64,000 bases of DNA, from NCBI RefSeq assembly GCF_002571385.2, contig NW_019217872.1:448046-512045 (forward strand), given 5' to 3'. Made by a program: the position numbers and the translations under genes. The stretch is from Stylophora pistillata. Taxonomy: Eukaryota. Position 1 is the stretch's first letter. Each line of letters opens with the position of its first letter. This document shows positions 13,701 through 27,332 of this stretch, piece by piece. Under the pieces are notes generated by a model. The model was not told where the DNA came from and did no database searches. It saw only the letters and a list, made by a program, of their open reading frames with translations.

Positions 13701-15524
13701 ACTATATTAGAATATTATAACGAATGAGTTATAAAAAAGTTTCACGCTGTCTCAAAGGAAATTGTTAGCCGGGTTCCTTTTCCGCCAGTTTTTCACGCTC
13801 GTTAGATCACGCGGCCCCCGTAACTCGGAATGTGCTGTGTAATGGCGGTTGTTTGATTGTTTTGTTATCGATACGTTCATTATCAATATTGCATGCTATT
13901 GAACCGAATATTCAATGGAAGAAACGAGGTCTGCAGCGACAAACTTAGCGAAATTTACATCAAGGGAATTTGGTCCTTTAGTCCTAACAGAAATTAAGAA
14001 TTGTTCGTCAGCTGAAAACAGATTGGGCTGAGACAGGAATTATCAGCTTTTAGGAAGAAAAGCCTTCAGATAATTAGAGTACCTTGGTCAAATGAAAAAG
14101 AAAAAGCAACAGGGATAAAAAATTGTTGTTAGATCTTGGCCTGAGACAGGAAATTACTACTTTTGCATTAATACATTTTCAACATATAAATTACAGAAGA
14201 ACCTTTTGTTTGTGGTGACCCGGTGTAGTATACTCCTCGTGTGCTTGTTTGTCATTTGTCTCTTCAATGCCGCTGTAGTCTTCTTTTTCAAGTGAACATT
14301 TCGATTCACAATGAATTTTATTCGACGACATTTCAAACCTGGAGGACGACGATGACCTGAAAACGATAACGAAAAAAAAAAATCCGGTTATGAAATCAAT
14401 GGAAAAAAAAATGCCTGTCATTAGTTCGATCATCGGCTCCGCCATTAGAGGAGAGCATCAAGGTGAGACTGGGTACCATATACCCCTCGTTCCAAAGGGA
14501 AATCATATCAAGTTACGTTTTGAATAGATATCTGGATCAATGTCAGTATCTGAGCAAATGCGCACCTACCCCTCCCCTGACCAAACAACAGTCGATTGAT
14601 AACAAGTTAAGGTTAATACTGGGTAGGGAAGGGGAAAGTGCACAGTTGCTCGGATTCTGACGTTGATCCAAATATTTTTAATTTCCAGTGAAATAATAAT
14701 GCTTCATGCTCATACTTTGTTGCATGGATGTTTCAGTGGAGTTTGAGCGGGCGCCACATAGGTTACTCACGATACATTAGCCAATTTACGAAACAAACTG
14801 ATTAACTGGTTCAAGACATTCCTGAGTTTCCAGAATCGACCCGAAACTTGGCGCGATCTCGAAATACCCTGAGAAAGGTCAGCTTAGGAATAAGGCGTAT
14901 ACGAAGTTTTAACTACCTTATCTTGATCGATCCTTTCATGTTCATTAAAATCTCTCTTTGCCCGCGACAAAATTGTTTGTAATTTAACACTATTTTATTT
15001 CTCAATTTTGTTTTAGGTTTAGAATATCATCATCGTTAGAGTTATGTTAACCATGGCATGATACGATTTATCTTTCAGTTAAAACAAGGTGTCCTTAACT
15101 CCTTGGTAAGGTCAGCTTGTGTGCGTTGAGGAATTTCCCAGTTGCATAGGATACGGTGATAACGATTTTTATGCTCATCCCTTTGGTAAGATCTCAGGCC
15201 AAACTTTCTAATTTTTCTCTTGCACGAGATGAGCAAAAATCAGTGCGATTCATACGCATGTGAGGGCTCATCTCTAACGAGGCCAAAAGAAAACGAAAAC
15301 TGAGAGAGAGTGTCACTGATCAACTTACCTCTTTGGTGTCTGTGATCAGAGTAAGTCAGGATCCCGTGATTCTTGGGTCGTCTAAAGTGTTTCGCCTGAG
15401 TCAAGAGTCGCATGTGTTTATGACGCGAATGATCTTTTGATCGCCTTCCTTTGTGTTTTCCCCCAACAACACTTATTGTTAACACGATTATGACAAAAGC
15501 GCTTACAATATAGCAATACTTCAT
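7758..15524 (-). CDS. orphan secreted protein, 14 predicted coding exons, ~454 aa
   Basis: Exons: 15524-15329, 14356-14203, 13662-13589, 12706-12392, 12290-12222, 12039-11986, 11800-11738, 11103-11044, 10732-10652, 8859-8830, 8541-8497, 8293-8219, 7984-7901, 7822-7758. All introns are GT-AG and join into one open 1365-nt frame ending TAG(TAG TAA). N-terminal signal peptide MKYCYIVSAFVIIVLTISVVGG. Confidence 0.7.
8050..8112. repeat. (GAT)n microsatellite, intronic
   Basis: Direct inspection. Confidence 0.85.
9107..9284. repeat. ~88-bp direct duplication with a poly-A replacing the middle of copy 2
   Basis: tcagcttcgatggcaaaaactttgaaaa...aaaaagccctgagccaccttactttgagtgaaagcttgaacctca occurs twice. 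Confidence 0.8.
10095..10444 (+). mobile_element. 5'-truncated CR1/L2-like LINE 3' end
   Basis: ORF2 C-terminus GRNSIKYMGPLIWSKLP...SFKKKI, then AATAAA and an (ATTC)n tail. Confidence 0.75.
14533..14670. mobile_element. small MITE with long imperfect TIRs
   Basis: tggatcaatgtcagtatctgagcaa...cacctacccctccc is mirrored by gggaaggggaaagtgcacagttgctcggattctgacgttgatcca. Confidence 0.7.
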
Positions 15525-16787
15525 CGTTTTCGATAATGACTAAACAAGTGTCTTTTGTGTTCAACTCAACTTATACAAGAAATGAATGTTCATAAGTGTC
15601 ACCTGGCTTTTTGTCTTCATTATGAGCTGTGGGCTCTTCAACTCCGAGAGAAAACAAGTTGAACTATACAAGCAGAATAAATAATCAACAACATTTCAAA
15701 CTCAAGTAATGAATAACTAATGATTAAAATACGAAATTTCAGCACTTCCTGAAATATTTTATCGCGCCAGTGACAGAGAAAATAATCGCTGTTAACTTCA
15801 AAGACGAATACACAACAAGAGTAACGAGCAAGCAAAGCGATAAATTTGTTTTCTTTAGTAATTTTTCCCCTTATTTAATGCACGGGGCAGAAATGCGTAC
15901 AAGCAATGTGGGAGGGGCTCACAATCAAAGTCTCCAGGTACCAAGCTCTTGCTTTGAAACGTTTGAGTAAATCCTGGTTGCCACAAATGTCGTTCCATCA
16001 TATTTTGTAAACAAATGTCTCACATTCAATGACAACTGATCCAGATAAGAAGTTTATGTCGGTGACGGACGTTACTGTTTCCAATATCAAAATCACAAAA
16101 CGAAGTTCGAAAATTCACTAATGTTTAAGAAAATTAATCTCGTTCAGACATATCTGAAACTTCTACAGGCAGTCCGAAAAAATGTAGGAGAGATGATAGA
16201 GAGCATTTATCTTCTTTTGAGGAAGTGCAAAACGTTTTTTTAATGAAATGAAAACATCAATAGCCTTTTCATACCGATGGATATCTTGTTTTACTGAATC
16301 AGCTTTAAGAGAAAACCGAGAAAATGTATTGCAACAATCTGATCAGAAACAAGAGTTGACCGTAAACTTCTATATCAGACTGATTTCGCTCATATTTCCC
16401 TATTCTTGTATGTTTTATTGCTTCCACGAAGTCAGCGAGTACAAAAATATGGAAGTATTTTTGATGGAAGCTGTATTTGACCTTGTCAAAACGAAAGTCT
16501 TAACTCTAATGAATTGTGGACGGAATAGTGATTGTGATTGTTTTAAAAATTAACAGCAGCAAATATTTACTCATTAGGTGGGAAATTATTGTGAGTGTTA
16601 CGGTCCTAAAAACACTTTTTAACCGATAATTTATGTGGTTTCAAATGCCATACTTCTCCAAGTGGAATCATTCAGAATGCACGAGCCGCCGGACACTTAA
16701 AGGAAAATATATCTTGAAAGGGAAAGAACCCGACCGTGTAAACCAGCCTCAAGGCTTACATCGTCAGCTTATTATCAAACGCTTATC

Positions 16788-18440
16788 ATAATAATAATAA
16801 TAATAATGTTTATTTCTTATATTGCGCAGTCTAACATGCAATAAAAGATATGATCGAATCATGATAAACTTCCCTGTAGAACTTGCTAACATTTCAACCA
16901 GGGATGATTTTGAGGATAGCAGTAGCCCCAGTTGTGGCTACAAAGAACACGGAATGAGAATTCGATGCAATCTCGCCGCCAGATTTGACGGCCAAACAAA
17001 CGACGGAAGCGTTGGTAAGAGTTTCCGCGTTGTTTTAAAAAAACATGTTGCTGACAACAACCTCAATACCTGGGTCACAAAAAAATCCGTAATTCTTGTG
17101 CACTCATCAAGGTCTTCAAAGAAAATTCGGAAAAGAGAGAAGAAAATAGAAGCGAAGATGGCATAAACGCTTTTCCTCTCGAAGGAGATTCTTGTTTCTA
17201 GCATCAAAGACAGCGTCGGTGAAGACTGCCTGACCGATCTCAAATCTTTGGACCATAAACTTAAAGACGGGTATTACTTATCGTTAGAGGAGGAAACAAC
17301 TTGCTGAACTAAAAAAAACCGTTCAAATAACACGACACCCAAATAAAGACCAATTCAGAACAGAGTCGGAACCAAATAGACGAGCAAAATCTCGGCTGAA
17401 CTCGAGGCAGGTGTAAACATAGACAGCTACTCTCCAAATAATATTACGAAGAGAAGCTTTATTTTCATTTAAAACATCTCCAGAGCTTAGGCTAAGCCAT
17501 GAATTCTTTCTCTCGATAACTAGTATCATACCATTAATCTCAATACACATCATCTTTACAAGGATGTCTTTTTATAATTACAAGTTTTCTGTCAAGAGAA
17601 AGTCATCTTAAACTGAACCCGCGTAAAGATGTACTTTCTATGGCAAAGTTACCTTTTCAGATAAGTACATCTCGCGAGTTTAGACACTAAACGAAGCCAA
17701 GGATATTTTGCAGTAAAAATATGTAAGCATAACAAAGGCCAGTGTTACAGAAATATTACAAACCCGCTGGTAATTCTCAATAATCCTCTAAAATGTTCGT
17801 TTCCTAATGGAGTGGATAATTGAACTATGCCAATACAATATTCAGATTATTTTTTAAGTTGTTCTTGAAGAGCTCCGGAGCGTGTCTGGAAATAAATTAC
17901 CCCCTCTTAGGTTTAAAGCAGCTTTGATTTTCTATTCGATCAAATCTGAGACTTAAGCTTCTTTCAGCTTATGAGGATAACTGAGACGTCTTGCTTAAGT
18001 ATCACAGAATTCAAAACGGGATCATACCAATGCTATATGTTTATCTTGACTATCGAGTTCAAATAATGTTGTAATTGAATGCAAAACTAACACTTATTTG
18101 TTAGTTTGTGTATTTGTATTTTTTTCCTAACAAAGACGCCACAAAGTAAAGGAAAGATATAAAAAATACACAAAGAAAAAAAGCAAAAACAAAAACGGAC
18201 AAAGAAGCGCAGGAAAACAGGAATAGTTATTTTTATCACTCAGCTAATTTAATCCAATTTAAAATAAATCACCGTCTCCCCAGAAGCCAATAATGGATTC
18301 TAAACTCGGGCACTCGCATAACCTAGTAAAAGGGACATCTGTTTCGAGAAAGCGAAGTGCATCAACTGTTGAAGATGGAGATTCTGAGTTATTTTAATCA
18401 GCTACCCCTTAAGCTTAACTCTTAACTTAGCTTGTAGTCT
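16788..18440 (-). mobile_element. degenerate non-LTR retrotransposon fragment
   Basis: (TAA)n tail followed by gtttatttc at the left end, then a broken coding-like minus-strand segment. Family not resolved. Confidence 0.4.
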
Positions 18441-19569
18441 TTCTTATGGTTTTGCCTTGAATATGAGAGTTATTGAAGTACTCAAATCTTCCAGTGTCTG
18501 CCGTACATCAAATGTGCAATCATGCTTGTAACATGCACCGGCCATCAAAAAGGCAGCAAATAATTGTCGTCAACAAATCATTTAGAACCATTCAACAAGG
18601 GTTTTCGGCTTAAAATCACGGCTATTATCGAATTTACAACATTTTACTGTTTACAAAATTCCTTCGCCAAATGTTCGTGAGATTTATTGGCAATACAAGT
18701 AACTATTCGCTGTGAGGGAAAAAGAACGAAATAACAAAAGGAATAAAAATGATAGAGGGCTCAAGAATTACAAATCATGCAGGCATGTGCTCGTAACAGT
18801 GTAACTGATTTTAATTTTGTATCCATCAATGGTAAATAAAATTATCGCATTAGAAGGAGTTCGGAATCTTGTCACACAATGATGACACCCAACCATCAGT
18901 GTACAATGCAATTCATTTGCAGTACAAGAAAACATTCCTTTGAAAAAAAATTAATAAAGTTCATTTACGTCAATTTATTATTCTACATTTTTAACATATT
19001 GTCTTTTTCACCATCTATATCTTACATGTCAGTACTTCACACGCTAACTAAATTTTGGAAAAAAAGGTTAATTCATGCAAAATTTTCAGCTTGTAGCCAA
19101 CTTACAGCTTTGTTATTTGTCACAGTATAAATTATTCAAAAAGTTTGCTGAGACACATAGCAGAATAAGTTGACAAAGCTACATGTCCGGGATCATGATC
19201 TCAAAGACTCTCCCAACCTTGGCCAAAATGGTGCTTTTCGTATTGAAAATGTCCTGAAACGATGACAAATTGTTTAGTTGCAAATTGATCTTCACGTTAT
19301 GTATGAGAATACGGAGCTATCCTGATCTTATGTCCCATATAGGTTCCCAAATGCTTGAGTTAATTAATTCTAACAGCTTTAATACCCAGTGTCTGTGTTT
19401 TGGAATGTTAGCGGAAATGAAGCTAAGTCGTCGTACTGCACTCATCCTAAGAATAACAAGCTGTTACTTTAAAGGTCTTTGTTATAAAAGTGGCTGCTTT
19501 AGCATCCAAGAAAATGTATGGGAAGTTCAATGATACAAAATGTTTTAGTTGTTTGTTAGATGTCAACTC

Positions 19570-21700
19570 AAGATGGCGGGCGGTCGTGGCTCTTTGTCGT
19601 TCAGCAATTTGTCATGTACGCTCCATTTCTTCCTATAATTTTCAAGGTTATGCCTTTCGCCGGTCCAACACTTTGCTTGCCTCAGAGGAAATCGTTCACA
19701 GCACGATTCCAGCTCATCATAAGCGTGATCTTCCACCGAAACTGAACTCGAACAGTGATCAGTGATGTCTCCACCAATCCTGCCGTCTAATCTTGCAGAA
19801 GACCAGCTCAAAACTCGCTTAATTTCAGAAACTTTCTTCCACACTCAGTTAGATGCCATTCGCTAGTCAGTTAAGGATAAATCCCTCCACATACTACAAT
19901 CTCGAAGACGTGGCTTCACGCATTTCATGTATTTCATTTCAGCCTCAACTGAAAATGATCAGATCGAACTCATCCGACAACAACAACAAAGCTCCCATTA
20001 CCTAACCGCCAAACGTTATTGACGACGAGAAGGCTACTTTATCAACGCCTCCAGATGACATTGCAGTTATCTTACTGGGGATTTTAACATCGACTCCGCT
20101 AACGTAAAGAAGGTAAATCTACCTTTGCAAGCAAATTACAGGACTAAGAAAATTTTCATATTCATGCCGGCATCTGATTCAGTCAAACTTCTGCCAGAGT
20201 AATTGCTATTAATGCGTGTTTGAACTCATCTTTATGAAAAAAAACATCGTGTCGTAAAGAATGGTGTGTTTCAGCTAGTGCACCTCGTAAGCATTAAGAA
20301 GAGCGACTGGTCGAACTCACCTAAATAACTGCATACCTATTGTAATCTCATCTATCCAAAGCAACGTCAAGGGAATCTTTTTGCCAACCTTATGGAGAGG
20401 AACTTGCTAGCTCCCAAACATTTTGGTTTTCAGTTACTCAAATGTTTCCATTAAGATGTCTCTTCCTCATCTCACGGATGATATTTTGAAAAATATGGAC
20501 GCTGGCGTCAGCTCAGGTGCTATTTTCTTCGACCTGCAAGGCTTTTGGTGTTTTTGACCATCAACTCTTGCTCGGGAGACTTAATTTTTAGGTTGGAACT
20601 GATTAGCTCGTTCAATTGCTTTAAGCTGTACCTTCTTACGTATGATGCAGGATCCTCGCAGTAGAGAGCGCTATTTATGCAATAGCGAAAATCAGACCTG
20701 AAAAAAATCAGGCCTGTACGGGATTCGAACCACTGACCTCTGCGATACTAGTGCAGCGCTCTACCAATTGAGCTAACAGGAAGCAGGCCGTTAAGTTGAT
20801 TTGTGAATAAACCCGTCTACTATTTAGCATCTCCGAGGATCGTGCATCATATGTATCTATAACCGCAGTTCAAAATATATGAACTTCATATATTCATGGT
20901 ATCTGTACCTTCTTACTCGCAAACAGATTACCACAAATACAAATTGTTTCTAATCTCCTAAACCTCTCACAGTTGGAGTACTTCAAAAGCATTATACCAT
21001 TCTAAAGCTGCTTCGCTCCAGTAGAAAACAAATCTACTCACCCTCAACTTTGACAAATTATAATTTTCTTTTATTTGAAAATAAACATCGTATTCGAATC
21101 AACAAACTTCTTCTCAAGAAGTTTGTTCCTGTAAATGTTCAGTGGCGAAACTCAGTTAAGACCTATGCTAAGGTAATCATGTCATAAACATCACAAAAAG
21201 GTAAACCAGTGACTTGGACTCCTTGCGAGAATCAGCTGCATACATTGTGTATGCTCGCTTCACACTCGCTCATCCCGCTTGACTCTCCACTCTTTTTTCT
21301 CTTTCAAATCATTTGGATTACACTGAATACAAAATCAATAAAAGATAAAGGAACAATCCGTAAGTCCTACAAAGCTAAGCATCGATAATCATCCTCGCAA
21401 AACGAAGATACTCCTCCTCTACGGAAGCTCTTAAGATATTAGAAGAGAAACTTCTGAATCGCGGACGACACAAGCACCACAGGGATTTGTTTTGTCTTCA
21501 AGTGCTTAAATAAAATCGTTAATTCCAACTCAATAGTACCTCCATCCATAACTAAAAAACTGCTAACGTGAAAACCTGTACCTTATATTACTGACTACGA
21601 AGCAGGATGGAGAAAGCAGAAACTTACAAACCGGGCAGCAGATATTTTTTTACAATTAATTATCTTAGTTATGAAATACCGATGATCATTTCGATCTGAC
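19570..21700 (+). mobile_element. highly degenerate CR1/L2-like LINE
   Basis: Endonuclease remnant LLGDFNID (~20070) and RT remnant NMDAGVSSGAIFFDL...DHQLLL (~20490-20570). Many stops. Confidence 0.6.
20640..20902 (-). mobile_element. tRNA-derived SINE-like insertion with 14-bp TSD, nested in the LINE
   Basis: TSD ctgtaccttcttac at 20626-20639 and 20903-20916. tRNA-like segment at 20715-20778 on the minus strand (tagctcaattggtagagc...ggttcgaatcccg). Confidence 0.8.
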
Positions 21701-21935
21701 TCATTATTACTCAAGAAGTAAGAGGAACTTTCTCCAACACATTTTTCAGGTTTGCTTACATTATGTTTTTTCTCCATTCGGGGTTTTAATCCTAGCTTTT
21801 TTCCACGTGTTACTCCATCTTTTCTTTTTTTATTGCGTCATTTATCTTTAACGGGGTCCTTCTGAAAACCATGTCCGTGAGGAACGTAATCACTCTATAA
21901 ACACCATCCTTAACATTGTTATTATCTAATTGATA

Positions 21936-22550
21936 TACACTAAAAGCTCAAAGGTAAAACACTACATGCAAGGAGTCCTGTTTTGTGAGACTATTGATAA
22001 ACACTTAAAGCTCAAAGGTAAAACACTACATGTAAGGAGTCCTGTTTTGTAAGACTATTGATAAACACTTTTNNNNNNNNNNNNNNNNNNNNNNNNNNNN
22101 NNNNNNNNNNNNNNNNNNNNNNNNNNNNNNNNNNNNNNNNNNNNNNNNNNNNNNNNNNNNNNNNNNNNNNNNNNNNNNNNNNNNNNNNNNNNNNNNNNNN
22201 NNNNNNNNNNNNNNNNNNNNNNNNNNNNNNNNNNNNNNNNNNNNNNNNNNNNNNNNNNNNNNNNNNNNNNNNNNNNNNNNNNNNNNNNNNNNNNNNNNNN
22301 NNNNNNNNNNNNNNNNNNNNNNNNNNNNNNNNNNNNNNNNNNNNNNNNNNNNNNNNNNNNNNNNNNNNNNNNNNNNNNNNNNNNNNNNNNNNNNNNNNNN
22401 NNNNNNNNNNNNNNNNNNNNGTTTTGTAAGACTATTGATAAACACTAAAAGCTCAAAGGTAAAACACTACATGCAAGGAGTCCCGTTTTGTAAGACTATT
22501 GATAAACACTAAAAGCTCAAAGGTAAAACACTACATGTAAGGAGTCCTGC
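21936..22550. repeat. ~66-bp tandem repeat spanning a scaffold gap
   Basis: acactaaaagctcaaaggtaaaacactacatgYaaggagtcctgttttgtaagactattgataa on both sides of the N run. Confidence 0.85.
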
Positions 22551-25500
22551 TTTTTAAAACTTAAAACAAGCTAATGAGGGGAGGTCTTCTACCGAGCACA
22601 CGCCTTCAGTTGCTTTGTCAGACATGCTATTTGATACTGATGATTTATGAGAAACAATTCCAGGCAAGATCTGAACTTAATGCGGCACTCTAATTCCACT
22701 CTAAATTAAGTATGTTATAGAGTAATTTTTGGAATGATACTTAAGGTGAATTCGGTAGCACTGATCTATATATAAACTTCCCATTTTTCTGAGTGGAGGT
22801 TGAAACAAGTTGGCAAAAATAAAAAGTTTTAGGTTCTATAAAACTCGAATTCTTTTTCCCGGGCCCAGGGACTTAATAAACCTGCACCCTTTTCCATTTT
22901 GTACTGTGAACTTCGTGCCTGTGAACACTCATTCTTTACTTTGGTGACCTACTTATCTTGAGGCACTTTATTTGTTTACTCATTTTAACATAATGTACGG
23001 AAGCTAGTTTCATCTCTGCTTTATCTTCTTAACTCTCCCACAAAGCTTAATTAGCTCAACTAGAATATCATGTTGTTTGGAAATTCAACCAAGACAGAAA
23101 TAATTAGCATGTTAAGTGACTCAAGTTTGGTCTGATATTTTTGGTTCCTTTTTAAGTGCTTACCTAAACAATCCAAAGAACTCATTCTTGGTGTGAGGAA
23201 ATGTTTGCACTGCTAGCGATCTTTTAGCACAATATAAAAGGGCTCAAAGATCACTGAGAACGCAAATATTTTCCACTCCAGTTGAACATATGGACGGTGA
23301 GGGAATAAAGAGTGCGTCATGCTGTGCCCTGAGGTTGGACTGACGTATCGCAATCTTTAAAGTGGAACCTTGCTTGTAAAGTCAATTGATTCGAAAGGAA
23401 ATCCACTTCATGGTCTGAGAACACAGGTACGGCTTATAGCTGTTGAAGCGATTTAAACCATTTTTAGTTCATTGTTAACTCGAAAAAGAAAGGTTTGAAC
23501 GGATGAAAAACATTGCTAAAATCCGGCACCGCTCGAAAGTGTTGTTTCCTATCACGGCGTCATTTTTGGGTAAGTGGGTGTCTTGATGAGAGGCCTTCTA
23601 ATAGAATTAGATTCTTACCAGGTAAAAACGATAAGTATTAGACAGATGGATTACTCATTACAATTAGAGTGATTTGGGATTTGGGAAAATTCCTGTTATG
23701 AATAAAAAGCCATTATTTTTTAAATTTCGTTTCGACGAGAACATGGATAAAGTTCTATGTCGCTCTAGAAATGGCATTTAGCTGTTCATTAAACATAATC
23801 AGCCAGATCTGCAAGAGCGGACCAAGCCGTATGGAACATGGAAGTCTTGTTCTGTAAGTTTAAAGCTTCCAGCCAGTAAAATTAGCGAGAATAATTATGA
23901 TATGCTGACCAAGAGAGAATTATACTTGACATCGTCTCAGTCGTTTTAACAGATTATATTTGTTAACAAATGCGTGTAACCCATGTATACATTCCTGGTT
24001 AATTTGTTTGGCAAGTTTCAAAGTCTGTGGAATTTCAACAGATTAGTGGGAGGCCCCCAATGATAATTGGTGAATTAAGCAATTCCTATTCAATATTATG
24101 TTTCTACAATACAGTATACTGTTATAAGCAAAAGGCACAGAAGGATGGGATGGTGAGAGTGCACTCTGGAAAACTTCCCGTGCAAAACGTTCAATCAAAT
24201 CGGCAGAAATTGTTCAAGACGGGAAAAAAACTTAAGTCTCATGGAGCTAACAATTATTTCAAAATACTTATTTTCATTATTAAGCGGTAAAGTTTTTCAG
24301 CTTTGTATTGTGACGTTCTTAGCCAAAATCACGTTTAACTACTAACTGCGAATAAGTAAGCTTAGTGAAAAATGAAGATTGCTTTTTGTGCTTGCTCTAT
24401 GAAACAATAATAATCGTTTTCTTTCCATATTGCTAACATTTGATTTTGGATTATAAATAAACCGAGCCGTCAATGTCATTGCGTTTATAAATTTCTCTTT
24501 TCCGAAGAGTCTTCTGGAAAATTACATCCGTTAAAGAAATAGAGTTCATCAAGTGTTCTGTTAATGTTTAGCGTCTTATATCCTACTGGATGTAATGCGA
24601 AATCGAAAAGTACACAACCCCTAAATTAGCGCAAGGTGAGAGAAACCACTCTTGATACATTCGATAGACATTTAGTTTTTGTGAAAATATATGTATATAT
24701 TATATATATGAAAGCGATGATTCAAATTCAATACGGTAGAGATCTTTGTAAAGTTCTTTTCTTGTCCACGCACATCATAAATCAGCAAACATTAAATGTG
24801 TTGGTTCGTTGCATCTTTCATTCACTCGCTAGATTGGAACAAATTGGGTCACGGTTGTTGCGTGTTGCGAGCGCAGTTTCACTTCCAATCAGTCAACGTC
24901 GGTGGCAAACAGAAAACAGGTTCTCTTGCGCTGTGCGCTTGTTGGCCGACAGTGCAGCGTGGTCAAGGCACCTCAAAGTTGAAATCATAAAAAATCTGAG
25001 AATTTTCGAACGAAAAGGGCGAGTTCCTTCTCCATCAACTGTTTTAGCGTAGCAGTTCTTTACCCGCCCTATATATTATGTCATCCGTATGGGTGGTAAA
25101 AAAAAGTTCCGCTTTAGTCGTTTCTTTGTTATCTCCGCTTTCTTTCCATCACGAAGTTATCATAGCGTTTAAATTTGAAGGTAGTAGGGGCGTTTCGAGT
25201 ACATTTCAACACAAATTATTCATTTCAAACATATTTTTGAGATTTACAGGTGATAACTAAAATTCAACTCGTTGTGACGTAGTTGAGAGCATTTCTTACA
25301 ATGTTATGCAATATTTTTGGAATACTGAGGCGTTTACAATGAGTAAAGATTATTTACAAGCTGTTTGACGAGTGAATGGTAAAAGTAATTTCCATAAGAA
25401 TCTCCATACATAAAAAAATATTCACATACAAAGAAGACTGATTAGTTACTTTAAATCTGCAAAAGTAGGGGTAGGCCAGGCCTTCCAAATCAGCTTACGA

Positions 25501-26033
25501 AAAAGGCGTGTTGTTAACACCTAATTTTGAATACATTCTTAGACTCTAAGCTAAATTTAAGGTAAATAGAGCGTTAGGTGATGCTACACCCTAGTCCCAT
25601 TGTCTGTTGCGGTTTCCTTTGGTTTTCGTTTTTCCTCTTTCGCAGAGTACAAACCCAGATATTGATTCCATATCGTTCTGGGCAGATATTCTATACAGCG
25701 CCACTTTCTTGGCAATTAATTAACCACCGAGGGTTTCAACTGAGCTTTTAGGAGTAATTCGTGAAGAACAATTCGGTTCAGGCGTTGTTCGATCCAAGGG
25801 AACAATAAAATTCATGTCAAATATGACTAGTTCTCCAAGGATTTTTTTCTAAAACCCACTCGTAAAGATATGTTGCAAGCGCGTTGTTCACCCTAACTGG
25901 CCAATACCTTAATAAAATAACTACAATAGTATGATCTTTAAACTTTTGTATAACTGGTAAGTAAGTAAATAAGTGAGTAAGTAGTAAATAGTTCAAATGA
26001 TATAGCTTCTTCTGGGTGGAAAGTGAGATCCTT

Positions 26034-26776
<743 letters not shown>

Positions 26777-26852
26777 TGCGTTTGGATATAAGGGAGGTGA
26801 AATGCGTCCTTGGACAAGTTGACTAAATTGAAAGCAACAACTATTTCTATCC

Positions 26853-26966
26853 GCTAAATATTATGATACCAACATCCGGACAATGCTAATCTGTTTGACA
26901 GCCAATTAAACATAGTCTGCTAACCTTAACTTGTTTCCACTTTACACGACAAAGGGTCGGTAAATG
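26853..26966 (-). promoter_or_regulatory. conserved proximal promoter of homeobox A
   Basis: Minus strand CATTTACCG...AAGTGGAAACA...TAATTGGCTGTCAAA...GTCCGGATGTTGGTATCATAATATTTA, shared with C and D. Confidence 0.8.
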
Positions 26967-27284
26967 ATTTGGGACTTACCGTAAACAGACATATAAGCGG
27001 TTGTCACCCGAGATGACTGTAGCATAATGAGATCATCAAATGCTTCGCCGACTAACACAGCCATTACACACTACCGCAAGTACATACTTCACTGAGTTGA
27101 CCATTGTTCAAAAATTGTTTCCGGTTTCAAATGTTCTAGAAGGAGAATCATTGACAAAACTCTATACAAAATTTGCTGATGTACCTTTACTTTTGACGTT
27201 TATATGGTGTGGATTTTGGGGAGGAGTTTGTTAAATGTTTTCATTGTTGCGTGATGGTATGGTTCATTGCGAGGAAATTGGCAC

Positions 27285-27332
27285 TATTAGTTCTGTAAAT
27301 GTCGGCCATATATCGCCAGACAATTGTCTAAT
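27285..27332 (-). promoter_or_regulatory. distal conserved element upstream of homeobox A
   Basis: ATTAGACAATTGTC-N15-GACATTT-N3-GAACTAAT matches the element at the same distance upstream of D. Confidence 0.6.

Noticed and set aside
20715-20778. tRNA gene
   Set aside because: Lies inside a TSD-bounded insertion.
24636-25052. 138-aa ORF
   Set aside because: GTG start, no motifs and no convincing splice context.
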